NCBI GenBank assembly: GCA_028534125.1
Contig: CM052818.1
Coordinates: forward strand, 27,964,001-28,028,000
Reading direction: 5' to 3'
DNA from: Lama glama
Taxonomy: Eukaryota
Length of the DNA: 64,000 nt
In this document: in pieces, positions 13,943 through 27,352 of the stretch
How positions within the stretch are numbered: the first letter of the stretch is position 1
Layout: every line of letters begins with the position of its first letter
Translations under genes and position numbers: made by a program
The notes under the pieces: model-generated
Database searches by the model: none
Told to the model about the DNA's origin: nothing
The model's input: only the letters and a program-made list of their open reading frames with translations

Positions 13943-15899
13943 GAGGAACACAGAAGTACCTGGTAATCGGGGGTCTCCCTGCCTGGTGTTCCCTCTAACA
14001 GCTTAGGGAACAAACACACCTGTGAGAGAAAAGTTTGTTTCTTTCCATCCAACAGGAGAGCAGTATGGCCCTATCTTTCTCTCTTATCACATGAACTTCA
14101 AAACACTGTTCTGTTCAGCTGTCCCTATCTATGCTTGTAAATTCACCTTCTTTGGGGGATCTCATTTCTAAATCTTCCCTGGAGTCAGGCTAGAGTGCTG
14201 GTGAACCAGCTAATTTGCAAAATAAAGAACAAAATGTGAACAGAAAGAAAAAAGAATATACATATTTAATAGGACTTAAAGCAAGAAAACAAGTCACTTA
14301 AATCAACTTAACTATGTTTTCTACACTTTAAAAGCATACTTTTCATTCTTTCTTTACCAAAAAGAATGACCTCTGTCCTGAAAGATAACAAGATATCATT
14401 TGAAATCGAAATATAAGCCCTAGAATTAATCTGAAGTTGTACCTATCCAAGTGATGCTTTGCAAGTCAGTGCTACTTACCATTCTTATAAACTGCTGTAG
14501 TTAAAGGAGCCACATCACATTCGCCAGATTGCAACTGTTTAATACTGAGATTTGGATGAACTAATAATTTAACACATATTGAAAAGTTTCATCTTAAATC
14601 CAAATAAACATACCCATTTTTAAATCATAGAATTTCAAATTCTAGTATCTATATCAGTGCAATGTATAACTGGTGAAATTTAACTTTAATTTATATTGCT
14701 ACTTCAAATATATGTACTGAAAACGAAAATATGTGAGTGTTAAAAGGTATATAACATTTAGTGTGATTTGCTTAATATTATTATTAACAGGAAACTCAGT
14801 AGATTTTAATAACAGACAGTCTGATTTTCAGTACACCAAAAAATGACGCCTGTTACAAATTTCAGTATCTCTATTTTGTTAGGAAAACATTCCTCAGCTG
14901 AATGTTTTTATTCCACAGATGAAGAAAAGTAAGCTATGTGATTTCTATTAAAATTCACAGGAAATTATAATACTCTTTAGGATTGGTAACTTAATTTAAG
15001 ATTGCCTTCACTTATTTTCACAATACAGAAATTTTTACTGTGCACTTAAATCTTTGGCGAATTGCCAAAATACAGTAGACAAGGCCTCTAAATGAATTCA
15101 TGGTAGGAATTTGCAAGTTAAAAATGGGGCAGAGAGGCCCCAATTAGAATCTGTACATTAGTGAGTTCCAGTCCTGAAAGCGTTTTGAGGGAGGAATCCC
15201 CAAATCCTCTATATAAGGAGGAGTCAAGCAGAATTGGAAGGGAGTGGAATGAAAAACGCATTTGCATTGTTGATGGTTCAAATTTTTATGCAAAGGCTTA
15301 CTAGTGTCCACTTGAGCTAAGGAGGAGGGAAAATAGAGTGCTAATGAATTTTTTAGAGCTGAAAACATGAAACTTACCTTCAAGATGAGAGAGCAAATAC
15401 ATTTAACCATTCGGATTATTTGTACCTACAACTTTTTGCCCTTAAAATACCTCTGCCAGAAATGATTTGTTTCCGTAGCTGTACATGAAGTTTTCATGGA
15501 AAATGAACTCAACTTTACCTTGATTACACTTTTAAAATGCACACATATTGCTTCAGTCAGTCTTGTGAAATTGGTTCCTTACGTACCTCATTTCATAATA
15601 ACATAATACCCTAAAGTAGCAACTCAGGAAATGAAGAACTGTTATTTGACTTTGGTGTCAGTCAGACTGACTTCACATCATCAAGAGTAAGTGGAGACAG
15701 AGAGGAATAAAACTGCAAGAGGTTTTATAGCCTATAAAGAGGAACAAGGGATCCATGTACATGTCACACTCTAGCTACTGTATCATTCAGTTAATTTTTC
15801 ACTTTTTCCCTTTTTTCTTCTTCCTTGTATGGAACACTGTGAACATAGTGCTTGCTCTCAAGAAATTCACAGCTAGTGTGGGAGAAGGAAATGTAAGTT

Positions 15900-16210
15900 A
15901 ATGGTTCCACTCAGGATATACTAACAAAAAAGTAAGCCCCAGCTTCGGCGTGCTTGAATGCAGTCTGCAGAATGCCTGGGCTGTGTAGCTCGAGCGCAGG
16001 TCTCCGTGAGATGGCTCACTATTACAATTCCTTATCAAAATATACTTCCACCATTGCCTCACTAGAGAAGAGAGAGAAATAGGGAGTTAGTCATTGGTAA
16101 TTATATGCTTCACATAGGTGAATCCTTCACATAGTTCATTGTCCATAGCAAGTCATATGGCCATTCCTACTTACGAAGTGATGGTGGAAGTAATGTTCAC
16201 CAGTAATGTT
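15900..16210. mobile_element. Old MLT1-type LTR fragment
   Basis: ttcattgtccatagcaagtcatatggccattcct resembles the MLT1J/K/L motif cattggccagaactagtcacatggcc. Confidence 0.4.
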
Positions 16211-16279
16211 TGTCACATTCATAGTTACAATAAAATGTCCAAAGCAGTTCAAATAAAAGTTTTTAAATATTGTAAAAGC

Positions 16280-16830
16280 CAGAGGAGGTATTGTTTTAGA
16301 GGACAGTCTAGACAAAATTATCTTGAAGAATGATTAGGCATCTGTCAAGTGGCAGTGGCTGTCCAGGTGGGAGAAATGAGGGCTGAAATGGCACAACATG
16401 GAGGGAAAAGACAGGATTTAATGTTATAAGAGTTTACCTGGGAATTTTTAAATCCCATGCTAAGGGATTTGGAATTTTTCTTGTAGGTAGGAAAGGGGGA
16501 ATCCTCTAGGGTGTTAAGTAGAAGAGTGAAGTGATAATATTCGTCTTAGAAAAATCACTCTTGTTGGAAGAGAGAGAATGGATTTGAAAGGAAAGAGATG
16601 TAGGATATTGTAGTCTAGGCAGGAGATGATGTGACTCTGAAATACATCACCAAACACTGACACTGGAGATGGATTTAAGAGGCGCTGGGAGGTGGAACCC
16701 AACATGGTCACTGGTGGGGGCTGCTATCTGTTGGGAACTGTACTGCGAAGAAAAACATAAAGACATAAGCTCTCTACCTGCAGTTTATAACCTAGCAGGA
16801 AATCAGGCATATAAAGAAACAACAACTGTG
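16280..16830 (-). mobile_element. L2 fragments
   Basis: Purine-rich L2 antisense signature (ttagaaaaatcactct, gtagtctaggcaggagatgatg, ggagatggatttaagagg). Confidence 0.6.
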
Positions 16831-18224
16831 AAAGTTTTAAGTGTTCTGATAGGCAACATTATTAAGAGAATGCCACAGAGAACACTGCATCCTTAGATTC
16901 TGAAGTCATACCAACTTCTGACTTTTTAATTGATATATCCCAGAACTCTGGGCTTTCTTCTTTGTTTCTATTTATTGACATTGAACTAGTTTATATATGT
17001 CTAGTAAAGAATATTTCTTGCCTGAAATGAACTGTTTGCCAGTTCATTTGGAATCACCCATTCCCACAAAGGCATCCTGAATGTTACTGCCATCCAGAAT
17101 TAATCACACTTCTGAAATACTGAATTTAATAAATCTCATCTCTGACCACATCGTTGGATGTGGGTATTTGAAATCTGTACACTTGATGGTGGAAGGTCAT
17201 TTGGGGTGTAGTTAAAATAGAAATATTCTTCTAGTCTTTAGCCTTTTATTCTGAAACACCAGTTTAATTTGCACCGTATATTATTAGTGTTCTTATCAGA
17301 CATGGAGACAGATATAACACAGAGGGCATTGCAGTGTCATTCCTCATTTCATTCTTCCTATTTCTCTTTGCCATCATCTCTGATAATAACTGCAAATAAC
17401 TTCATATTACCATGCCCTTTCCACGTACCGGTATATGAGGAGCTTCTGAAATCTCTGTGCTGTTTTCTTCCCTGCCGTTTCTAACTTCTGCTCCCTAGGT
17501 GGGAACACTAGAAACTGCAGCAATTAGCTCTAGCAAAATATGACCCCTCCCTTCCTAAGCAAATTGAACTTTATTATGAAGTACTAGTTGCAATGAACAA
17601 GCTATTATTTATGTCATAGAAATATATCATTGAGGGATCTTTATAGTAATGCTATTTAGTGTAATGGGGAATGACCTAATTATGCCCTGCATCCTTTATG
17701 CCATTTACTTACAGTCATGTCAGGTTTTATATGACCGCTTTAAATTTTAAGCTCTCAGAGGACAAGAATTCTATCTATATCACTCTATATAGCATTTAGC
17801 AGAACCTCACCCATTAGCTTCTGCTGCTTTGATGTTTTCAGTTTTGCTGATAAAATTGAAAATATTTGAAACTTTGGGGCAATAGGATTAATTTGTCACT
17901 TAAAAGGACCTTCTGTTGAAAATGACTTGACTTTATTAGGTACCTGTATTTATTGATAAACACTATTAGTCCTAAAACATTCATGTAAAGAGATTCTGAA
18001 ATTTCATCTAAAGCTCCCAATAATCACCAAAACAAATTGACTAAATTTATTTTCCTCTTAATCTTTTTTTCTGCAAAAATGTTTTGCAATAAGTATGCAA
18101 TTAATCCTCTGTAGTATTTTTTTAAAAAGCCAACCATTCATTTGCTCACAGAACAAATCTCTCTATATATTTGGAAGTAGAAAAGAGTTGTGCTGTTAAT
18201 ACAGTAATGAATCCCAAAATCTGA

Positions 18225-18470
18225 TTCTATCATCTTAGAATCTATTTCTATTATAAAGATGAAAAACTAAGGCCAGAAAAGGTCAAGTGTCTTCCCTCAG
18301 ATTCTCTTCCACGGAGGAGCATGATTTAGTGGCAAGACCATGCTTGGAAATTAGAAAGCTCTAGTTTTATTTCTAGCGATGCCAAAATTTTTTATACCTT
18401 AGTTTTCTAATCTCATGAACAAAAGAGATGGGTTGTATAATCTTCAAATTTCCTTCCAATTTAAATCCCA
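18225..18470. mobile_element. MIR/MIR3 fragments
   Basis: agatgaaaaactaaggccagaaaaggtcaagtg core (minus) followed by a plus-oriented MIR3-like piece. Confidence 0.5.
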
Positions 18471-20779
18471 AATGTGACGCTGAAGTCACATCAGAATTCA
18501 AAAGAGTAGTTAATGACTGCATTCCTAAGGGCTTAGAGGATCAATGTTGAATGGATAGAAGTATGAGAATGAAACTTGGGCGTCAGCAGGACTGGACAAG
18601 CCAAGAGAGAACAACATTGGGAGGCAGTTCAGTAAGATGAATATGGTTGATACCAAGAAGAATGCATGCGCGAGAGAGATCTGGTCAACACCTGGCAGCT
18701 CAGGCAGGTCAGCACACACAGAGTCCAGTGGATAAGAAGTTCAGAGGCCAGTGAAGAAAGAGAGCACAGAACAGGACTCTGGGTCTCAAGAAGTCTGCAT
18801 AACCATAATGGTTATATTTCAGCAGCTAAATAAATGGTTGATACTAAGCCTAGAGCTTTGAGTCCAAAGTCAGAAGTAATCTTAGAGACCAGAAAGAAGT
18901 GGGTTGGGGAACAAGGAAGATTATGACATGATCCCTCTGTTCTATATATATCATACATATTATAATGTGTATTTAATATTCATATTTAATATTTTGATAT
19001 TTCTATAATGTATGTATTCTAATGTACCTTACCTTGACATCTCATTGAAAAACTTCTGAATCCTTGAATAATAAGTGGGGATAAAAATGGATCAAGCAGA
19101 GGGGCAACTACATTAGTCTGATTATAAAGGCATACAAGATGGGGTTGATAGAGAAGTGACAGCTGTGATGACTTAACAGTCATGAGGATCTAAAAAATAG
19201 GACAAAAGGAGGCAGTAGTCAAGGAAGGTATATGTGAAGAGGGTTTTTCTGAGAGAGAGATTACACAATTTGTAAAATACAACCCTTCTACAAAGGTTTA
19301 ATATAATATCCATTTCTAATTAATGCAGTATTGGTACACAGGGCAAAGATAAATGCTGTCTTTGTGTGTCCAGTCCCATCAGGACTCTGAAAATATTCCT
19401 TACTACTAGGAGAATGGTTCTCAAGTGGTGTTTATAACCAGTAGAGTCTTTGAGAAACTTACTGTCAAATTACAAATTTCTCCTACCAACACTGTACACA
19501 CCCACACAGTGTACAAATACATGCCATATACTACTGACAGAGGTACACCAGCACAATGTAATGATTCTGGCATCCCATTGATACTAAAAAAAAAAAAAAA
19601 CACTACCGTAAGAGTTACTTGAATCTTAGTCTCTGCTTCACAGCAATAAACTTGTTTTAATATGTTCATCAAAAGTTTTTTTCACTCATTGTATAAATGA
19701 CTTTTATTTTTTAAGGTATCATTTGCTGTACCTCATTCCAGACAATGGGATGGAGTTCAATTCTGGTTACAGATGAAAGGAGGCTGGTAATTAAACCTTT
19801 CAGGTATGGGAAGGAGGACAAGTTCCATCCTTGCCCTTCCTGCATGGACTTAGATCTGTGTGCACCTGAGGATTCTCTCTGGCTCTTGCTCCTAGCTATG
19901 TTTTCAGCTGGAAGAGATACAGCTCCCCTTAGCAAGAGGCAAATATTTTTCACTTTTCAAAAGGTATTTTCTGTTCTGCCACAGATAAGGCAGGATGTAA
20001 ACCTGACCCCACTGCCAGCTCATCAGGAGAAGTTTATCTGGAAACTTCCCCTGAGGAGGCACAACACTGCTGAAAACAACAGCTGAAACCAACACTTGAA
20101 AGGGGAAAAACTGGTTAAGCTAGTTTGAACACTGAAATAGTTATCAGCTAGAAATCCCATTTTATTCAGCTGTCCCTCTGCACTCTTCCTCCAGCTTCCT
20201 ATCCCTAGAGGATGGATGCTAGTCTGGGGAATTTCCTTTCAAGATTAGAAACAGAATTCTTGGCAGTCCTTTCCCCATCTTAGGTGCAATTTCATTTTTT
20301 GCTTTCTCCCATCTGTATACCCTTATTCCATGGTTTCCCAATGGACAACTTTATACTCTGGCATCTTATGTCATTTCCCGAATCATACTGTCTTATTTCT
20401 TTCCTTACTTTGGATCCCGACACCACTCCCAATAAATTGTAACTTCCCTCTCCTCTGTTGACACTTTTCCCTAAAAAATTCTCTCCAATGGAGGACATCC
20501 TTCCTGTTAATCCCTTCGCATCTTGGTACAAAATAGCATTTTCCATTTGGCCAGTGGTACGTTTAGATTTTCATTTTATAGGTACCACTTACCTGCCTTT
20601 TTTCCTTTGAAATGTGGCCTCATATGTACCACTTTTTTATATCATATTTTCCTAACTTGTTCTTAGTTTACTCTCACCCAGTTGAGTGGCTGCAATGTGC
20701 AAGATGTTCTGATTGACTTACTGCATGGGTACTTACAAGTTTGTATGTGGCAGAAGTATAGATAAAGTATGGTGGAATA

Positions 20780-21660
20780 TCACAGGAGGTAGACATTTCT
20801 TCCTGTCAGGATAATAAAAGAGAGCTCCTTGGGAGAAGTGATGGACAGATGAAAGTTGGGCTTGTACAACAGAAAGGGAGAGGAATACAAAGAACAAGGG
20901 AATGGGGGTTTAAAGGCTTAGTGTATGCTGCCAGACTAACAGGCAGACCAGTGTGACATCAGCAAATGTTGTATTTTGAGAGATGTAGGTAGAGGTGATA
21001 ATGAAAGTAGGCAGGTTGGTGAGTTTGCTCAGGGCAAAAGGTAAAAGGAAGAGGATGCTGACAATGGAATTATCCTCATTCAGAAAGTGAGAGATTGGAA
21101 GGGAGCCAGAAAGGTTGTGATTAGAGAGTCAAAGGACAATTGGAGATCAAAATTCCATGGAGGGCAGAGTTTTATCAAGAAATCTGCTATTAAGAGAATC
21201 AAACACTGAATTATAGATCAAGAGGATTACCATCTAAAAAGAAATTATTGGTTTGATTTTTAGGAGGTCAACAGTTAACACCTCGGTCACATCACATGAT
21301 TATATTTCTTTTTGTGGTGAAACATTTGAGATCTAGTTTTTTTTTTTTTAAGCAATTTTGAAGTATAGAATACAGAATTGTTAACTATAGTGCTAATTAT
21401 TGCAACATATAAATGTTGTGATCAACACATTGTACACATTAAACTTATACAATATTATATGCCAATATCACAGTAAAAATGAAAAATAAACAGATAAAGA
21501 AGTTCTTAGTGAAATTTCGAAAAAAGGATCTCAGTGGAGTCTAGGGGACAAAAATACAATGAATTAAGTTGTGAAATGATAATGAATAAATAAATTGAAT
21601 GTGTAAATATAGATTGTGTTTTTAGAAATTAGGTAGTGAAAAAGGACATTGGGTCAAACT
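20780..21660 (-). mobile_element. L2 fragment interrupted by inverted L1 3' end
   Basis: L2 antisense text taggaggtca|...ttagtga...tcagtggagtctaggggacaaaa continues across the L1 insert. Confidence 0.55.
21271..21490 (+). mobile_element. L1MA-type 3' end with 5' inversion
   Basis: 21271-21390 is antisense L1MA 3' UTR, 21391-21490 is the next sense part ending in aaaaataaa. Confidence 0.75.
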
Positions 21661-23100
21661 TTTAGGAGGTTATTAGTTCAAAGAAACAATATTTAAGAGT
21701 TAGAATGTACAAAAAAATAAAAAAAAAACTGAGTTATAAATTGTGTAATCTTTTCCTCAGGCCCCACCTTTCTAGAATGGATTCTTGCTTGTCCTTCAAC
21801 CTCCTGATGTCTCCTAGTTCTATAAAACCAGCATAATGGGCAAATAGAGAAATTTTTAAAAATAAAAAAAAAACTAATATATTAAATAAAGACTTTAGTC
21901 AGATTGAGAGCTAACAGATCAAAGGCCTACCCAAGCAGATTTTGAGGCATTTACAGTGAAATCACTGGGAAAAGAGATATTTCAAGAACTGAAGAATCTT
22001 GTGAAAATACTGCTTCTTTGCAACTTCACAAAAAAATTCAATAAAGTATTTAAGATTAGCAATTACTTTAAATGCTATTATTAATTATTGTACAATACCA
22101 TGTGTGTTTTTAATAGTAAAGAATTGGGTAGCTCTGCTGAATGGTTTTTACACAGATGGGTGTGCGGTATTCAAGTGTATAGCTCTGTGTGGATTTAAGT
22201 GTGGATGTGTAATTTAGTAGAGGGAGATGAAAAATATAAGAAGGAAGAATAACTGATGAAGTGGGCAGGGAGCACGGAATCAGAGATCAGAAGCCACACC
22301 TGCAGGAAGGAAGGGAGCTCCATTCTTTGAGATGAGAAGGAGCTGGAAAGAAGTTCTGAGTTAAAGAGCAAAGAAACTAAAGGTCTTCATGGAGAAAAAT
22401 GGATGAAGTGTCATCTATAGAGAAAGAGGGCTTTGAAGGCTTCAGTAAGAGGGAAGACTTAGAAAGTGGGAAAGTGGGAAAGTTGAATAATGGCAACAGG
22501 GAATAAAATTTGTTTAGAACCATTGCCAAGCAGCAATCCAGACCTGATGGGGGAAAGGTAAGATACATTTGAAAGAGTCTGATCAAATTTTCTAATCTCT
22601 CTCTCTCACATTATTATCATGCAGGAGTGGAAGCAAGAGAATTTTAGAGTGTAAACTTTACAGTGAAGTGTAAGCAAAGAAAGACTAATGGTGGTTGGCG
22701 ATTTGACGTTAATTACTGCTTGGTGCTTGGTTATAAGTTTCCTTAACTTTCGATTCAAATTCCCACATTTTATTCTCTATGGGGTTTTGAAATTGGGTAT
22801 AGTGATAGGACAAATGCTGTAAGGAGATCAAGCTTGTAGGGGTAAGAAAAGGGAAGGAGATACTGATACTTGATCTTGGAATTTTACCTCTCAAGCTAGA
22901 TCTCCAGATGCATTGAGAGGGAATAATGAAGGAAGGACAAAAAAATGTCCTTCCATAGGCAAACAGATTAAGGTAAGGACAGCTTTATTGTGGACAAAGG
23001 TCCATTGCATTGACATAATCTGGACATGAATCATTCACACTGTAGAACTTCCTGGAAACAACATTTTCCAGTCCCTAAGTATTCCAAAGGTACATTATCT

Positions 23101-23948
23101 TTTTACAATATTATATTAATTTCAAGTGTACACATAGTAATTTAATTATTTTTATAGATTGTACCCCATTTAAAATTACTGTAAGATAATGGCCGTATTT
23201 CCCTGTGTTGCGCAATATATCCTTGTAGCTTTTTTACTTTATACATAATATTTTGTACTTCTAAATCTCCTACCCTGATCTTGTCCCTCCCTGCTTTCCT
23301 CTTCTCACTGGCAACCACTAGTTTGTTCTCTGTATCTGTGAGTCTGTTTCTGTTCTGTTTTGTTATATTCATTTGTTTGTTTTACATTTTAGATTCTCCT
23401 TATTAATGATGACATAGAATATTTGTCTTTCACTGTCTGACTAATTTCACTAAGATAGTACCTTCCAGATCCATCCATATTGTTGCAAATGGCAGAATTT
23501 CGTTCTTTATTATGGCTGAGTAATGATCCATTATACGTGATATATATCGCATCTTCTTTATCTATTCATCTGTTGATGGACTCTTACATTGCTTACATAA
23601 CTGTGTTATTGTAAATAATGCTATTATGCACTTTGGACTGCATGCATCTTTTTGAATTAGTGTTTTTGTTTTCTTCAGATACATACCCAGGAATGGAATT
23701 GCTGGATTTTATAATAATTCTATTTTTAGTTTTTTAAGGAACCTCAGTTCTGTTTTCTACAGTGGCTGCACCAATTTACATTCCCATCAACAGCATACTA
23801 GAGTTCCCTTTTCTGCACATCCTCACATTTGTTATTTATCAACTTTTTAATGATAGCCATTCTGACAGGTGTGAGGTAATATTTCATTGTGGTTTTGATT
23901 TGCATGTTTCTAATGATTAGTGATGCTGAGCACCTTTTCACATGTCTC
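23101..23948 (-). mobile_element. L1 3' end (ORF2 end + 3' UTR), L1MA9/laurasiatherian-type
   Basis: ccatccatattgttgcaaatggcagaattt, agtggctgcaccaatttacattcccatcaacag, gtggttttgatttgcatgtttctaatgattagtgatgctgagca are hallmark antisense L1 motifs. Confidence 0.9.
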
Positions 23949-24454
23949 AAATGTGTGTTGTTGACCAGATGTTGGATACTATATACCTTTTGGATTTTCT
24001 ACTGCTGGGAAGTTGAGATTTTATGGGCTACCACCGAATGCGTCAGTAGTAAAAGTCTCCTTGTGGATCGACCGCTCCTTCACACACATCTTTCCGTGTT
24101 CTTCGGAGTTTAGCACAGTGTATTAGGAACTCTGTAATGTTAAATAATAATTACATTGAATGGAACTCTGTGATTTTCCTATATTTTATATGCTTTGAAG
24201 TTAAGAATTTTACGATTTTACTTACATTATGCTCTGTCTTCATCTTATTTTTAAGTTTCAAATGCTTCTTAATCAGATACTCACGTGTCTTCTACCAAAC
24301 ATACCTACCTCAGACTTCTAAGAGCCTTCTAACCTTGCTCAGCAGTCAGTCTTTTGGGAGATCATGGAATAGTGGTAATACTACTATAATAGTAATAATT
24401 TTGAGCCCATTCTATATAAATCAAGTACAATTGTAAGTATTTTGCCAATGGAAA

Positions 24455-24925
24455 TGTTACAGAAACGACAGGCCAGCCAAGAAACAAGCACCACTCGGAG
24501 GGTTGGAGTAGTCAGGTGTATTACGCCAGCGGGCTCAGAGGGGCTTCTGCTCTGAAGCTCTGAGCACCTCCAAGACGTGCGCATGAGGTTTTATAGGGTA
24601 AAGTACAAGCTTAGGATATTCGGCCAATAGGCATGGAACAGCTTTAGCAGCATCATTATCACAAAAATGGAGGCGGGGAGGCAGCAAACCAACATTCCAA
24701 AGCCAGATATATATCTTTGAAAATCCAGCTGGCTAGCAAAAAAACATGAACAGCAAACCAGCACTAATTAACTTAGATTTACAAGTTAGTCCAGCAGAAC
24801 TCAGATCAGTATTCCGATACTTAGATTTGTGAGTTACCTTGTTAGACCAGCCCAGCCTCTCCTTCACATTCCTAGACTTGTGAGTTATCTTGTTAGACCA
24901 GCCTGGCTTTTCCTTCACACTAACA
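24455..24925 (-). mobile_element. Young ERV solo LTR (probably lineage-specific)
   Basis: TG...CA ends (tgttac at 24455; cttcaca 24919 or ctaaca 24925), retained CpGs, minus-strand TATA (ctataaaa) and a CCAAT box, internal 51-bp tandem duplication; no clear TSD. Confidence 0.7.
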
Positions 24926-25099
24926 TAATTTAGTTTCACAATCCATGAGGAAAGTAATATTATTGCCCCCATGTTATAAATGCACTCAAGGTATAATTGA
25001 TATCTATGTACGATCCTTAACTGTTCAAGTTGTTCCTTTTGCTTCCTCCCTTTACTACCTGCAAAGTGATGGTGAAGAATAGACAGCCATATCCTCATT

Positions 25100-26015
25100 T
25101 TTAAAAAAATTAACTTTTAATTTTGGAAAAAATTTAGATTTACAGAAAAGATGTGAAGATAATACAGTTTCCATATATCTCACACCCATTAACATTGTAG
25201 GTTAACATAATGTAACTGTTAACATTGTAGGTTAACATAATGTAACTGTCACATCTAAGGAATCTGTATTGGCACATTAGTTCAAACTTTATTAAAATTT
25301 CCTAAGTTTTTAGCTAACGTACTTTTTCTGTTCTAAGATCCTTTCCAGGATTCCACATCACATTTTAGCCATCATATTTCCTTAGGCTCCTCTAAAGGGT
25401 GACAGTTTCTCAGTGTTTGCTTACTTTTATGACAGTCTTGAGAAGTTATCGGTCAGGTATTGTGTAGAAATGTACAGTGATTTTTGGGTTTGGTGGTTGT
25501 TTTTCTGATGATTATACTGGGGTTATGGATTTTGGAAAGAATACCGCAGAAGTAAAATGCCATTCTCATCACATCATATCAAGAGTATGCACTATCAATA
25601 TAATTTATCGTTGTTGATGTGGACTTTGGTCATTTGGCTGCAGCAGTGTTTGTCAGACTTCTCCTCTTCTAAAGTTACAATTTTCCCCCCTTTACCTACT
25701 GTACATTTGAAATAAAGTCACTATGTGTACACTTGGTGAAGAAGTTCTCGTTATACTCAACCTCCTTGACAGAGGAGTAGCTACACAGATTTTTGGAATT
25801 CTGTATGGAAGATTCATCTATTCTCCTTTATGTATTTATTTATTTACTTATTTAATCATTAATTTATATTAGTGTGGACTCATGGAAATTTATTTTCTAC
25901 TTTGGTTTATAATCCAATACTACATTATTTATGTTGTTACTCAAATAGTTCCAGCTTTGACTTTTGAGAACTCTTTCCATTGGCTTCTGTGTCCATGTAC
26001 CACACTTCCATTGTG
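25100..26015 (-). mobile_element. L1MC-type 3' UTR
   Basis: tttagatttacagaaaag, ctttttctgttctaagatcc, cattctcatcacatcatatcaag, gttactcaaatagttccagctttg typical of antisense L1MC. Confidence 0.8.
25189..25248. repeat. Perfect 30-bp tandem duplication
   Basis: ttaacattgtaggttaacataatgtaactg x2 (25189-25218, 25219-25248). Confidence 0.95.
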
Positions 26016-27028
26016 TGTTTTTCATGTCTACATTTTGAAGAGAGAGGATACTTTTTGTATTCCTTCAATTCTTAAATTCCTATTCAGAGGACAATTTCAG
26101 ATTTTCTGTGTCTTTCTGTGTCAATAAACAGCAGTGCATAAAGTAGCACTTAAGCTGAATATTTACTTTATTTGATGTCTGTTATAAGCATTTGAGTGCT
26201 GCATTACATTATTCTTTCATTTAGACCTCACAGTATGTGTTCTATAAGTACATAAATACTTAATGCTTGAACTTGCAAGTCTTTGCCTGCTGTATTAAAA
26301 AAGGTGTGAATCTAATAGAAAATGAAACTTAATTACATTATCTTACATAGCAAAGAAATTTGGCATTGTCTAATACTTGGTTAAACTTCCTCCACAATAA
26401 TCTTTACAGTGCATCATTTAGAAAAGAATTTTAAACTATGCATAATTTAAGTATAAACTATTTTATTATAATAAATCTGTCCTTTGAGAATCTCATTCCA
26501 GACCATCTATATTGTGATTTGCTTATTATGTTTTGCCATCAGAAATCAAGTTACTATTTTTGCACACATTTTCATTTCATCAGTTCAAGCTTTTAGGTTT
26601 CTAATGTGTTCTCAAGCAAGTCTCAGATTCAAGTTAATGTTTTATTTGTTAAATCAAGCATAATTTAACAGTTGGACAAAATATTTCTTGTTCAAATAAT
26701 CACAGTATTGAAATACAAATATTCTGATTATACTTTTTTGATCACATAGTTATTTTGGATCATAGTATTTTGACCTTGAGAAGGTTTGTGTACATAAAGA
26801 TATGAAATAAAGCCGTCAGAACAGAGTACCTTTTCATTGTAGAGTATTTTCTGGAATAATATACACTAGATTAACTTAATTCTTTATTAATGTTCTCTAC
26901 AGTGCATTTAAAATCTTTTCAAGGTCAAATAGTGGGTGGAACCAAAACATTCTGACTCTTATTCATTCAACAGCTATTTAGTGTATTCTGTGTAGTAACC
27001 TGCGTAATGCTTACATTTTTTTCTGTAT

Positions 27029-27352
27029 TAGCACTGTGCAGTAGAGAAATAATGCAATACATAAATATGAGCCACATATTTATAATTTTGTTATTTTCTT
27101 GTAGTCACATTTTAAAAAGTTAAAAAGAAATGAGTGAGATTAATTTTAATAATATATTTTATTTAACCCAGTATATCCAAAATATTTCAACATATAATTA
27201 CATGGAGATTTATTAAAGAGTTAGTTTACATCCTTCCTTTTTTATACTAAGTTTTCTGAGATTGAGTGTATCCTAAATTTACAGTATGTCTCAGTTTAGA
27301 CTAGCTACTGTTCAGATGCTCCATGGCCACATATGTACTGGCCAACATAGGT
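27029..27352 (+). mobile_element. MER33 (hAT-Charlie MITE)
   Basis: gagccacatat...attaattttaataatatattttatttaacccagtatatccaaaatatt matches remembered MER33 consensus. Confidence 0.85.

Noticed and set aside
14919..14928. 10-nt micro-exon (ttccacag|atgaagaaaa|gtaagc)
   Set aside because: Resembles the MIR core acagatgaggaaactgagg; no supporting gene context
18550..20560. Possible ancient Gypsy-type LTR fragments (~18550-18930, ~20200-20560)
   Set aside because: Resemblance too vague to call without a Dfam search
24822..25248. CRISPR-like repeats
   Set aside because: Two-copy tandem duplications without spacers, in mammalian repeats, with no cas genes
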